Assembly (NCBI GenBank): GCA_963662545.2
Contig: CAXXLL010000003.1
Coordinates: forward strand, 288,001 to 352,000
Source of the DNA: Gammaproteobacteria bacterium
Lineage (GTDB): Bacteria > Pseudomonadota > Gammaproteobacteria > Ga0077536
Length of the DNA stretch: 64,000 bases
Reading direction: 5' to 3'
Shown here in pieces: positions 47,576 through 56,970 of this stretch. The position numbers were made by a program, and so were the translations under genes. Below the pieces are notes generated by a model that was not told the origin of the DNA, ran no database searches, and saw only the letters and a program-made list of their open reading frames with translations. How positions within the stretch are numbered: the first letter of the stretch is position 1; each line of letters starts with the position of its first letter.

Positions 47576-49420
47576 GTGCGGATCCTTGCCTGTCTCCTCG
47601 CCGTTATCGTCACAGTAGTCAGCCCCGTGTTCGCGCAAGACGCGGCCACGCCCGACGGTGAAAAGATCTACAAAGGGGCCTGCGCCCACTGCCACGACCG
47701 CAGCCTCCCCCGCATGCCGTCGCTCGCGGAGCTCAAGAAGAAAGACCCGCGCGATATCTTCTCCACGATCAGCGCCGGCCTGATGGCGCCGTATACGCGA
47801 AATCTGACCCACGCCGAGCGCCGCGCCGTCACGGAATACGCATCGGGCCAGTCGCTCGGCGACTTCGCCTCAGGCGCGGCCGCGATTCCGAAATCAGCCT
47901 TTTGCGCGAACAAACCCGACAAACCGATCCAGCACATCGACTCCGGCTGGAACGGCTGGGGGAATGATCTCGAGAACACCCGGTTTCAATCTGCCGAGCG
48001 CGCCGGACTCACCGCCGCCGACGTACCCAAGCTCAAGATGAAATGGGCCTTCGGCGTACCCGCCGTATCGACCATGTCGGGGCATCCCATCGTGGCTGAC
48101 GGCCGGCTTTTCTTCGGCACCTTCTCGGGGCTCGTGATCGCCTTGAATGCCGACACAGGCTGCGCGCTGTGGGCTTTCGAAGCCCTTGCGGGCGTTCGCA
48201 CCGCGTTGACGCTCGGTCAACTCGCCGACGGCACCGTGAGTCTCTTCTTCGGCGACCTGTCCGGCAAGGTCTATGCGATCGATCCCGAAACCGGCAAAGA
48301 GCACTGGAACATCGTCACCGATGATCATCCGCACGTGCGCATCACCGGCAGTCCGGTCTATCACGACAACCGGCTTTACGTGCCGATCTCATCGCTCGAG
48401 GAAATCGCGGGCGCGATGCCCGATTACGAATGCTGCACCTTCCGCGGCGGTGTAATGGCGGTGGATGCGGCGACGGGCGAGTCGATCTGGAAGCGCCACA
48501 CCATTGCCGAAGCGCCGAGCAAGCGCGGCAAAAATCCCGTCGGCGCGCAACTCTGGGCACCCTCGGGTGCTGCTGTTTGGACCGCGCCCACCCTCGACCC
48601 GGATAGCAACACGATCTACATCGTCACCGGTGACAGCTACTCGGATCCCGCGGCGCCGGAATCCGACGCCGTGATGGCGCTCGCGATGGACACGGGCGAG
48701 ATCAAGTGGATCCAACAGACCTTGGCCGGCGACGCCTTCAACATCGCCTGCACCGATCCCTCGCCTGAATCGCAGGTTGCCTGTCCCGCATCGAACGGGC
48801 CGGATCACGACTTCGGCAGCTCGCCCGTGCTCGTGACCCTCAACGGCGGGCGCCGCATCTTGCTCGCGGGCCAGAAGTCGGGACAGCTCTATGCGCTCGA
48901 CCCGGCGACCGGTGAGATCCTGTGGGTGACCGAAGTCGGCGACGGCGGCATCGTCGGCGGCATCGAATGGGGTTTCGCGGTGGACGGGGAGAAGGCCTAC
49001 GTCGCCATCGCCGAAGCCTGGGAACAAGAGGCGGGTGAAGCAGGCGGAATTACGGCGGTGAATATCGCCGACGGCAGCGTCGCCTGGGAAGTCGACCCGC
49101 CGCAAAGCACCTGCGACGGCCGCGAGCGGTGTAATACGGGACAGCTCGCCGCGGTGAGCGGCATGCCGGGCATAGTGTTCTCCGGCAGTCTCGACGGACA
49201 TCTTCGGGCGTATTCAATCGAAGACGGCACGGTCGTCTGGGACTACGACACGCGGCAGGATTACGACACGGTGAACGGCACCCCCGGACGCGGCGGATCG
49301 CTCAACGGCCCCGGCCCCGCCATTGCGAACGGCCACGTTTACGTCGTTTCAGGTTACGCCATGTGGAACCTGTGGACACCGGGCAACGTGCTGATCGCGT
49401 TCAGCGTCGACGGCAAGTAA
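47576..49420 (+). CDS. Quinohaemoprotein PQQ dehydrogenase (polyvinyl-alcohol dehydrogenase-like)
   Basis: Signal peptide, CAHCH haem site, PQQ beta-propeller, YECCTFRG, GPDHDFG, AGQKSG. Confidence 0.88.
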   Translation: MRILACLLAVIVTVVSPVFAQDAATPDGEKIYKGACAHCHDRSLPRMPSLAELKKKDPRDIFSTISAGLMAPYTRNLTHAERRAVTEYASGQSLGDFASGAAAIPKSAFCANKPDKPIQHIDSGWNGWGNDLENTRFQSAERAGLTAADVPKLKMKWAFGVPAVSTMSGHPIVADGRLFFGTFSGLVIALNADTGCALWAFEALAGVRTALTLGQLADGTVSLFFGDLSGKVYAIDPETGKEHWNIVTDDHPHVRITGSPVYHDNRLYVPISSLEEIAGAMPDYECCTFRGGVMAVDAATGESIWKRHTIAEAPSKRGKNPVGAQLWAPSGAAVWTAPTLDPDSNTIYIVTGDSYSDPAAPESDAVMALAMDTGEIKWIQQTLAGDAFNIACTDPSPESQVACPASNGPDHDFGSSPVLVTLNGGRRILLAGQKSGQLYALDPATGEILWVTEVGDGGIVGGIEWGFAVDGEKAYVAIAEAWEQEAGEAGGITAVNIADGSVAWEVDPPQSTCDGRERCNTGQLAAVSGMPGIVFSGSLDGHLRAYSIEDGTVVWDYDTRQDYDTVNGTPGRGGSLNGPGPAIANGHVYVVSGYAMWNLWTPGNVLIAFSVDGK

Positions 49421-49440
49421 ATCGAGGGAGTGACTGCGCC

Positions 49441-50289
49441 ATGGCTGCGCAAATCCAAGCGACCGATATCAAGCTGCATTACGCCACTATCGCTGAAGCT
49501 AAAAAGATGTCGGGCCTGCGCCTCGTCCTCGGCGCTTATCCGATTCCGGGGCCGTGGCGCGAAGCCTGCAAGGGCTTGTTCTACGTCAAGGGTATTCCGT
49601 ACACACCGGTCGTCACCGGCAACGAAGGGACATCAGACCTCCTGGTCGGCATGGACGATTCCCAAAGCGAGCTCGTCGCCTGGACCGGGCAGGCGAGCGC
49701 CCCCGTCGCGATCTGGAATGACGAACTGCCGCGGTCCAAATGGATCGATCAATTGAATCTCGCCGAACGGTTGGAGCCGGAGCCGCGACTGATCCCCGAG
49801 GATGGCGGCCTGCGCATGCAAATGTTCGGTCTCCTCAATGAACTGGCTGGCGAGAACGGCCTCCTCTGGCTGAAGCGCCTCGGCATGGCGCATGGCCCCT
49901 TGCAAAGTCTGCCCGCGGAACATGACGGGCGGGCGTTTTGGGAATTCCTGGGTGCCAAATACGGTTATACGCCGACGCGCGCCGAAGCCGCGCCCGCGCG
50001 CATAGTGAACACACTGAATGCGTTTCATGAGCAACTCGCTGCGCAGAAAAGCCGTGGCAGCAAATATCTGATCGGCGACAGTCTCTCCGCGGTCGACATC
50101 TACTGGTCGACGACTTGCGGGCTGTTGGATCCGCTACCGGATGATCTCTGCCCGATGGCGAGCGGGTTTCGGAACCCATCGGCTTACGGTTGCGATAATG
50201 CGGAGATCGACAAGGCCTTGACGCCGGAACTCCGCGCGCACCGGAAGTTTATTTACAACGATTATCTCGAGCTGCCGATCGTTTTCTAA
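49441..50289 (+). CDS. Glutathione S-transferase-like protein
   Basis: PGPW.EACK, YLIGDSLSAVDIY (GST C-terminal motif). Confidence 0.7.
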   Translation: MAAQIQATDIKLHYATIAEAKKMSGLRLVLGAYPIPGPWREACKGLFYVKGIPYTPVVTGNEGTSDLLVGMDDSQSELVAWTGQASAPVAIWNDELPRSKWIDQLNLAERLEPEPRLIPEDGGLRMQMFGLLNELAGENGLLWLKRLGMAHGPLQSLPAEHDGRAFWEFLGAKYGYTPTRAEAAPARIVNTLNAFHEQLAAQKSRGSKYLIGDSLSAVDIYWSTTCGLLDPLPDDLCPMASGFRNPSAYGCDNAEIDKALTPELRAHRKFIYNDYLELPIVF

Positions 50290-50310
50290 GTAGAGATTCC
50301 AAAGAATAAT

Positions 50311-50733
50311 TCAGCGTTTGTCGCAAACGTGACCGTTCTTTTCGATTTCCTGGGGCGTCGGCGGCGAAACGCCGAATTTAAAGTCGCCCAGCGATTCGCT
50401 GCATTGGCGCATCTGCTTGAGCCCCGGTGAACTGGCGATCTTCTTGCTGTCTGCGATAGCTGCAGACAGTGCCTCTTCGCGTTTGCCGGCGGTACAAAGG
50501 GCGGAGACTTTTTTGCCCATGGCCTCGCCTTCGATACGGAGGTTTTCGAGGACGCTTTGATCAACCTTGGCCATGCAAGCCTGCATTTTCTGGGCTTGTT
50601 CCATCATTTGGCGCATCTGGGCTTCGTTTGGGGCTTGCTGGGCGGAAACGGGCGCCAGTGCAACCATCAAGACAGTGATGGCTATAACCAGGCTCACCCG
50701 TTTCCAAAAATTAGTTAAACGCCGCATCGCCAA
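50311..50733 (-). CDS. Hypothetical exported helical protein
   Basis: Signal peptide, Gln/Met-rich, four Cys. Confidence 0.7.
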   Translation of the reverse strand: MAMRRLTNFWKRVSLVIAITVLMVALAPVSAQQAPNEAQMRQMMEQAQKMQACMAKVDQSVLENLRIEGEAMGKKVSALCTAGKREEALSAAIADSKKIASSPGLKQMRQCSESLGDFKFGVSPPTPQEIEKNGHVCDKR

Positions 50734-50902
50734 GCTCCTCCTAATTTATCGTCTTCAGTAGCTAACAAAAGAGGGTATACATAAAGTTGAAATTTTTTCG
50801 AGGGCCATTCAGCAATTCCAATAACTCGAATTTTGCCGGAATTATTTCGAGGCATTAGCTAAGTAACCTCTAAAGAATTATTCGACCCGGAATCCGCAAC
50901 GG

Positions 50903-50929
50903 TCAAGCTTTCCGCTTTTCGGCCGATTA
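50903..50929 (+). promoter_or_regulatory. Candidate sigma28 (FliA) promoter
   Basis: TCAAG-N14-GCCGATTA, 80 bp before the HDOD gene. Confidence 0.55.
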
Positions 50930-51009
50930 TTCGGAGGATCCGGCAGGTCGCGGACGCGGCGTCGAATAGCAACAACGTCGAAAATCTCCGAAAAACACAC
51001 AAGGATCTT

Positions 51010-51873
51010 ATGCACACAAGCCCTGAAGCATTGATCGCCCAGACGACGGACCTCGTTTCGTTACCGCACATCTATCTGCGGGTCAAAGGCGTAATGGAAG
51101 ATCCAGAAACGTCTATGGCAGATCTGACCGCGGTCGTGTCGCACGACCCCGCGCTTATAGCGCGGCTGCTCAAGCTCGCGAACAGCGCGTTCTTCGGTTT
51201 CACCACCAAGATCGACACCATCGACCGTGCGGTCAATCTACTCGGTGCACAGCAGATCCACGACCTCGTGCTGGCGACAACCGTCGCCGACGCTTTCTCG
51301 AAAATGTCTCCGCATACGATCACGATGCATGATTTCTGGACCGACAGCATTCATTGCGGTCTGCTGGCCAAGTCGTTCGGAAGTGCCTGCGGCTTGTTCG
51401 ACGCTGAACGGTTTTTCGTCGAGGGCCTGCTCTACGACCTCGGTCACCTGATACTCGATCAATGCGTACCCGAGGCCTGCGCCGCCGCATTCGAGCGTGC
51501 GCACGAAGAGGCGCGCCCCGTCCATCTGGTCGAGCGCGAAATGATCGGCTGTGATTACGCGCAGGTCGGCGCAGCCTTGATGAAGAGCTGGAGTTTCCCG
51601 GGCGGTTTCGTGGAAGCGGTGCGCTGGCAGAACGAACCGGCCGAGGCCGCGGCATTCGCCCTCGAGGCTGCCGTAATGCACACCTCGGTCACCATGCTCC
51701 GCGCCGATCGCACGGAACTCGACTGCGACGCGGTCTTCGCCATCCTCGACCCGAGTGCGGTCGAGGTCACCGAAGCTAACGCCGACATCTTATCGGACGT
51801 GCGCAGCGAAGCGGCCGAAGCGTTGACGGAAACCGTCGAACTGTTGTTTCCGCAAGCGCGACTCTGCGCCTGA
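51010..51873 (+). CDS. HDOD domain protein
   Basis: SLP, DPALIARLLKLANSAFFG, FWTDS, GLLYDLG, W.FP. Confidence 0.92.
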   Translation: MHTSPEALIAQTTDLVSLPHIYLRVKGVMEDPETSMADLTAVVSHDPALIARLLKLANSAFFGFTTKIDTIDRAVNLLGAQQIHDLVLATTVADAFSKMSPHTITMHDFWTDSIHCGLLAKSFGSACGLFDAERFFVEGLLYDLGHLILDQCVPEACAAAFERAHEEARPVHLVEREMIGCDYAQVGAALMKSWSFPGGFVEAVRWQNEPAEAAAFALEAAVMHTSVTMLRADRTELDCDAVFAILDPSAVEVTEANADILSDVRSEAAEALTETVELLFPQARLCA

Positions 51874-52088
51874 CACATTCTATCGGGCACAATTAGGGGC
51901 CGAAGCGCCAAGCCGGGTTTCATCCAACTCCGCTATAGCCAGTGATCCACCGGGATCCGGGCCGTAAGCCACGGTCTTCATCCATCCGCGATCGAAATCC
52001 TGGGGCAACTCCGTCGTCACGCCTACCTCAAAGAACGCCTGCCGCCGCCGCTATACCCTAAACAGGGGAATTAATACAAGAACGGCAG

Positions 52089-53310
52089 ATGGAAAGCCCG
52101 AATAAAAGATTGATCCAGGCCTGGCTAGACTTACAGTGCACCATGGTCCAGGGTACGGTGCGCGCGGCCGTGCTGGTGGGTGACGGGCGAGTCGGGGCTG
52201 CTGATCCGATCGCCATATGGCCGCCGCGGACGATGCTGACGGCGCCCATGCTGTCGGCCGCAAAGCTGGCGCTCAACGAACAGCGTCAGGTCGTCGAAGC
52301 ACTTGCGCTCACCGCCGGCTCCGATGTCGCGCAGGGTTGCGACGTGATCGCCACGCCGCTGGTCGTCGACAACCGCACCATCGGCGCCGTCGTCATTGAA
52401 ATGACGGCGCGCATGAAACAGCGCCAGGATGCTGCACAACAGGTTTTATCTTGGGGCGGCACGTGGCTTGAATCGGTCATCGAGCATCTCAACGCCGGGC
52501 CCAACCTGCGTCTCAACATCGTCGTCGAGACCATCGGAGAAGCGGTTAAACACGAGGCCTTCGGCGCCGCCGCGGCTGCCGTGGCCAGTGCACTCGGCCG
52601 GCTGCTCGAATGCACACGCGTGTCGGTCGGCTTCCGAGATCGCGTGCAGGTCACCGTCGTCGCCATTTCAAACACTGCGCGCTTCGAGCAGCGAACCAAT
52701 CTGGTGCGCTCGGTTGCCGCCGCGATGGGCGAAGCCATCGATCAGGACCGGCGCCTATCCCTGCCAGACGACGATAGCCGGTCGCTGGCGCTGACGCGTT
52801 CGCATCAACACCTGCAGGCGGAATTCGGCTCGCGCGAAATCCACACGCTGCCGTTCTCGAACGCGGGCACTTTGGTCGGTGCGGTCACGCTCGAGCGCAA
52901 TCACGAACAGGTTCTGAACACCGAAGACATCGCCCTCGCCGAAACGGTGGTTAGCATCGTTGGCCCGATTTTACATACCAAGCGCAACGCGCAGCTTCCT
53001 GCGCTCAAGCGCACGACAATCGCGCTCGGCACCGAACTGCGTCGCTTTATCGAACCCGGCCACTTGAGTTTCAAGGCAGGCGTCGCTGCGGTCGCCACCC
53101 TCTTCTTACTCGCGTTGATCGTGCGTGTAAATCACGACGTCAAGGCCGATGCGACACTGGTCGGCCAGGTGCAGCGCGCTGTGATCGCTCCCTTCGACGG
53201 ATACATTGCGGAGGCGCCTGTACGGGCAGGCGACGTCGTCACTTCGGGTACTGTCATGGGCCGCCTCGACGACCGCGATCTCAAGCTCGAACGCGCTAAG
53301 TGGTCGGGAG
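52089..53310 (+). pseudogene. GAF-domain HlyD-type periplasmic adaptor truncated by IS6
   Basis: GAF-like region, TM, APFDGYI..VRAGDVV lipoyl half; reading frame runs into the IS end at 53311. Confidence 0.8.
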
Positions 53311-54108
53311 GGTTCTGTCAGGTTGGCGCCGGATCGCGGACAATTAACGCATGACAGAAGCTCCTAATTATCGCGGATATCGATTTCCGCCTGAAATCAT
53401 CGCGCGGTCGGTGTGGTTGTACCCTCGTTTTACGCTCAGCTTTCGCGATATCGAAGACCTTTTAGCCGAGCGCGGCGTGACGGTTTCGTATGAAACTATC
53501 CGCCAGTGGTGTCTGACGTTTGGACCCGATTACGCTCGCCGAATTAGGAAACATCAGGGGCCTTGCGGCGACTGTTGGTTTCTCGATGAGGTCGTCGTCT
53601 CAATTCAAGGAAAGCGTCGTTACCTTTGGCGAGCCGTGGACCAAGACGGCGATCTGATTGAGATCCTCGTACAAAAACGCAAGGATACTAAAGCCGCTAA
53701 GCGCTTCTTTCGAAAGGCGCTACGCTCACAAACAGCCGTTCCTATCGAGATAACAACCGATAAGCTCCGTAGTTACGCCTCAGCCAAACGCGAGGTAATG
53801 CCGTCCGTGCCACACTGCCAAGATCACTATGCGAATAACCGCGCGGAAGTTTCACACGAGCCGACGCGGGAACAAGAAAGGCAGATGCGCGGGTTTCGAT
53901 CGGACGGACACGCGCAGCGCTTTCTAAGCGTCCACGGTCAAGTCAACAATCTGTTTCGCCTCGGTCGTCATCTCCTCAGAGCGAAGAACTATCGTGAACT
54001 ACGCTCCAAGGCATTTCTCACTTGGTCGGAGGTGACATGCGCCTGCTGATTGACGATGATTCTACTTGCTCGAAAGATCGGGCCTGCGCGCAACAACCTG
54101 ACAAAACC
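53311..54108 (+). mobile_element. IS6-family insertion sequence, complete copy
   Basis: Inverted repeats GGTTCTGTCAGGTTG / CAACCTGACAAAACC; no flanking target duplication. Confidence 0.92.
53351..54049 (+). CDS. IS6-family DDE transposase
   Basis: RFPPEII, WFLDE, YLWRAVD, TTDK, NNRAE.SH. Confidence 0.95.
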   Translation: MTEAPNYRGYRFPPEIIARSVWLYPRFTLSFRDIEDLLAERGVTVSYETIRQWCLTFGPDYARRIRKHQGPCGDCWFLDEVVVSIQGKRRYLWRAVDQDGDLIEILVQKRKDTKAAKRFFRKALRSQTAVPIEITTDKLRSYASAKREVMPSVPHCQDHYANNRAEVSHEPTREQERQMRGFRSDGHAQRFLSVHGQVNNLFRLGRHLLRAKNYRELRSKAFLTWSEVTCAC

Positions 54109-54412
54109 CTTTTTCACATTGCTGCCGGGATCGGACAGAACAGGTCCGAACACCACAGGGGGAGAGACGAGAAGCGCGAAGCTGGAAGTTAAACGAGATC
54201 ACTTCCAGCAACTCCGCAACGAAAAACGTGCGCGGGGAGGGGGGGGGTGATATCGAATGCTATACACAGATGTCTTGGAGCAGTTTTGGCGTTTTTTAAG
54301 GCGGAGCGTTGCCCCCGGATCAACCCTTCTGAGATTTGGGAATTGCGCGAAATTGCAGCTCGGGCCAGGGCCGGATTCGAGGCGCTTTCCTCACTTGAAA
54401 ATTGGCCGAAAA

Positions 54413-54694
54413 TTGGGACCCCATTTCCCAGCTCCGGTGACGATACAGCGTGGGAAATGGAATTGGACCCCATTTCCCCGGATTTTTGGGTCCCATTTCC
54501 CAGGACCCGCTTTTCTATCGGATTGCCCCCGCTGTGGTTACGTCTGATCGAAGCCCGGCACGGGGTCGAAGAGCGGAAGGGGGAGCGAACGGGAGCGACC
54601 CCCCCCCTTTTTGGGGTGTCTCCGTGTCCGCACCCACTCTTCATTTCCCATTCGTGTGTACGGACACGTAGCCCCCCCGGTTGGGGTCGCTCCC
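54413..54694. repeat. CCCATTTCCC repeat cluster and long stem-loop (possible replication origin)
   Basis: Direct copies at 54413, 54463 and 54486, inverted copy at 54451; hairpin 54591-54694. Confidence 0.5.
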
Positions 54695-54851
54695 TTGTCA
54701 TTTATCCCTGCGGGAAGGCTCGGACTCGGACCTGATAATCGGAAGCGCAGCCAAATGAAATCTCCACATATTGCCTCTGTAGTCGGGCGGCGGAAACCCG
54801 GCGATCGTGCCGGCGGCGGGGTCTCAGTGGTGGTGAACGTCGCGTAGAATT

Positions 54852-54883
54852 TCAACCGAGCCGCCGTCGAGCTTCAACAGCGG
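54852..54883 (+). repeat. 32-bp direct repeat, left of the merB-like gene
   Basis: 28/32 identical to 55825-55856. Confidence 0.8.
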
Positions 54884-54944
54884 GCTGGCATCCACCGCAG
54901 CAAATGAAACGGACCCCAAGCTAGCTCCAACATGAGGAGGAAAC

Positions 54945-55661
54945 ATGACCAACGCTGAAACCAACACGGGTGAGCAGGACTGCGGTCCGGTCGACCCTTC
55001 GATGATCAGCGCAGAGATGCGCACGATCTATGTCTATATTAGCAATACCCTGCTGGAGGAAGGTAGGCGGCCGTCGCTTGAGGAAGTCGCTGAGAAGACG
55101 GTACAGCCGCTGGAGGTGGTTAAACAGGTACTCGACGTATTTGAGAGCGTTGGCGGAATCTATCGCGATCCGTTCTTTAAGAACGTCATCGCCTTCTATC
55201 CGGTGGCGGCTATCCCAACCATCCATCGGATCGTACGGGGAGACAGTGGACGCATCGCATATTCGCCCTGCGCCATGGACGCGCTGACGTTGGCACCGAC
55301 CTTGGAGCGTATGTTGGCCATCCGATCGGCGTGTAGATACTGTGACCGTGAGATCTCGATTAGCTACAATGACACCGGTAGCAAGATTACCGAGCACACG
55401 CCTGATGATATTTGGATCTGGATCGAGGATCGTATTCCGAGCGATGCACCTTACTACCTGGTCGTGTGCATCAACACGAATTTCTTCTGTTGCCGGGACC
55501 ACCTTGACAAATGGCTGGCGGCCGAGACAATCATCCACAGCGGCAAACCGTACAGTCTGAGCGAGGCATTTGCCGCAGCTGACCGATGGTGTACATACAA
55601 GATGTACAAGCTGGTCGTCGAGGGGCGGCCCTGGGGTGGCAAGGCTCTCGATCAGGTCTGA
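54945..55661 (+). CDS. MerB-like (organomercurial lyase family) protein
   Basis: N-terminal wHTH, CAMDAL, CRYC, VCINTNFF..LDKW, LSEAF; GAGGAGG RBS. Confidence 0.72.
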   Translation: MTNAETNTGEQDCGPVDPSMISAEMRTIYVYISNTLLEEGRRPSLEEVAEKTVQPLEVVKQVLDVFESVGGIYRDPFFKNVIAFYPVAAIPTIHRIVRGDSGRIAYSPCAMDALTLAPTLERMLAIRSACRYCDREISISYNDTGSKITEHTPDDIWIWIEDRIPSDAPYYLVVCINTNFFCCRDHLDKWLAAETIIHSGKPYSLSEAFAAADRWCTYKMYKLVVEGRPWGGKALDQV

Positions 55662-55824
55662 GAAGCGCGGTCCGACTCAGGTCACGAAACCATCCAACAG
55701 TTCGTGGAGCTTCGAGATAGCATCTCCTTAACCCCGGAGATCAGTTGTGTTGATCGTGTGGGTGGCGCGAGCACGTGACGCTCAGCTGGGGCTCGATGAA
55801 TCGTCGGGAATGGTTGCGTAGTCG

Positions 55825-55856
55825 TCAACCGAGCCGCCGCTGAATTTCAACAGCGG
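55825..55856 (+). repeat. 32-bp direct repeat, right of the merB-like gene
   Basis: TCAACCGAGCCGCCGCTGAATTTCAACAGCGG. Confidence 0.8.
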
Positions 55857-56440
55857 ATGGGACAAGCCCGTGGGCACGCTGAGGCCCAAACAAGGCTCGG
55901 TAGCGCGTTGAGGCTGCCCCGTGACGGGCGAACGCTGGCCGGGTACCCCCCCCCAGCCGTCTGTCGCCCAGTAATCGAGCCTGAGGTCGCTCAGTGCCGG
56001 CGCCTGCTGGCAACCGATGCCCCCCCTATCTGATCGGCCCGCAAGTCCGCCAGGGAGGCTCCTGGGCGATCCTGCGGCCCTTCTCCGGGCTTTTCTTCTC
56101 CCGTCTCCCCCTCCTGTGGTCCTTCCCGGTCCTGCCGTTCAGCGCGGGGTTGGCTGATCCGATTCCACCGGTTTTCACCTTAAAAGGGTCTTCTTCCGAC
56201 TCCGATCCGGCGCGCGACAGTAGCAAAAAAACGCGGTGCGATCAGAAAAGACCCATGCAGACCAACCCAGCCCCGGCATCCCAAGACCGCGCACCGTAGA
56301 TTCAGCCCCCCGACCCATACAAGCCGGGGGCGCTCCGCCCCCCGGACCCCCAGGTATTACTTTCGATCAATTCGATCTAGAAATCAGGGAATCAACTGGC
56401 TCCGCCACCAATACATAGGGCCATTTTTTACACACCACAG

Positions 56441-56716
56441 CTAAGTCAATGAATCTATTGCGATTGCGAGTGGTTGCCTCAATTCGTTTGCTACGGTCTT
56501 ATGCGTGCATCCGACCACTACCGCGATCTGCCGCAGCGACAGCCCCGCCCGGTGCAATTCAACGATCTTCTTGGCCCTTTCCACGCGCTTGGATTGATAC
56601 CCTCTCGCGGCCCTGTCCTTCTCATTGCGTCGCCGGTACTTGGGGTAGCGGGCGCATTTTAACGGAAATATACGGTTTGGCTCTGTAGCGAGCCTTGGCT
56701 GCTTCTGAAAGCGCAT
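56441..56716 (-). CDS. Small HTH protein, possibly a Rep C-terminal remnant
   Basis: IVELHRAGLSLRQIAVVVGCTHKTV. Confidence 0.55.
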   Translation of the reverse strand: MRFQKQPRLATEPNRIFPLKCARYPKYRRRNEKDRAARGYQSKRVERAKKIVELHRAGLSLRQIAVVVGCTHKTVANELRQPLAIAIDSLT

Positions 56717-56970
56717 ATTTCCATCGGAGATTCGACTACTTTGGCAGATTGATTTCAGCGGTCAACACCCTCAACGCGAGCTCTGCCTCGTCCATTTCCA
56801 GAACACTAATCACACTTTTTGTCGCGATCTGCTCAACGTAGTCGTGGAGCTTGCTAACTGCGATTTTCGGAACCGAGTGAACACTTTCCTACTAAACTGT
56901 TCACAGATAAGTCACGGCGATTGCATCAAAGTGGCTTTACTGATTCATGGGTTGACAATAAGGTGAACAA

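Noticed and set aside
50860-50882. GTAACCTCTAAAGAA resembling a family A end
   Set aside because: Too degenerate to call
51940-52010. GGGCCGTAAGCCACGGTCT resembling part of a c-di-GMP-I riboswitch
   Set aside because: Lacks the GGCAAA start and GNRA tetraloop stem
54189-54855. ORFs of 70-170 aa across the structured block
   Set aside because: No recognisable domains; they overlap hairpins and homopolymer runs
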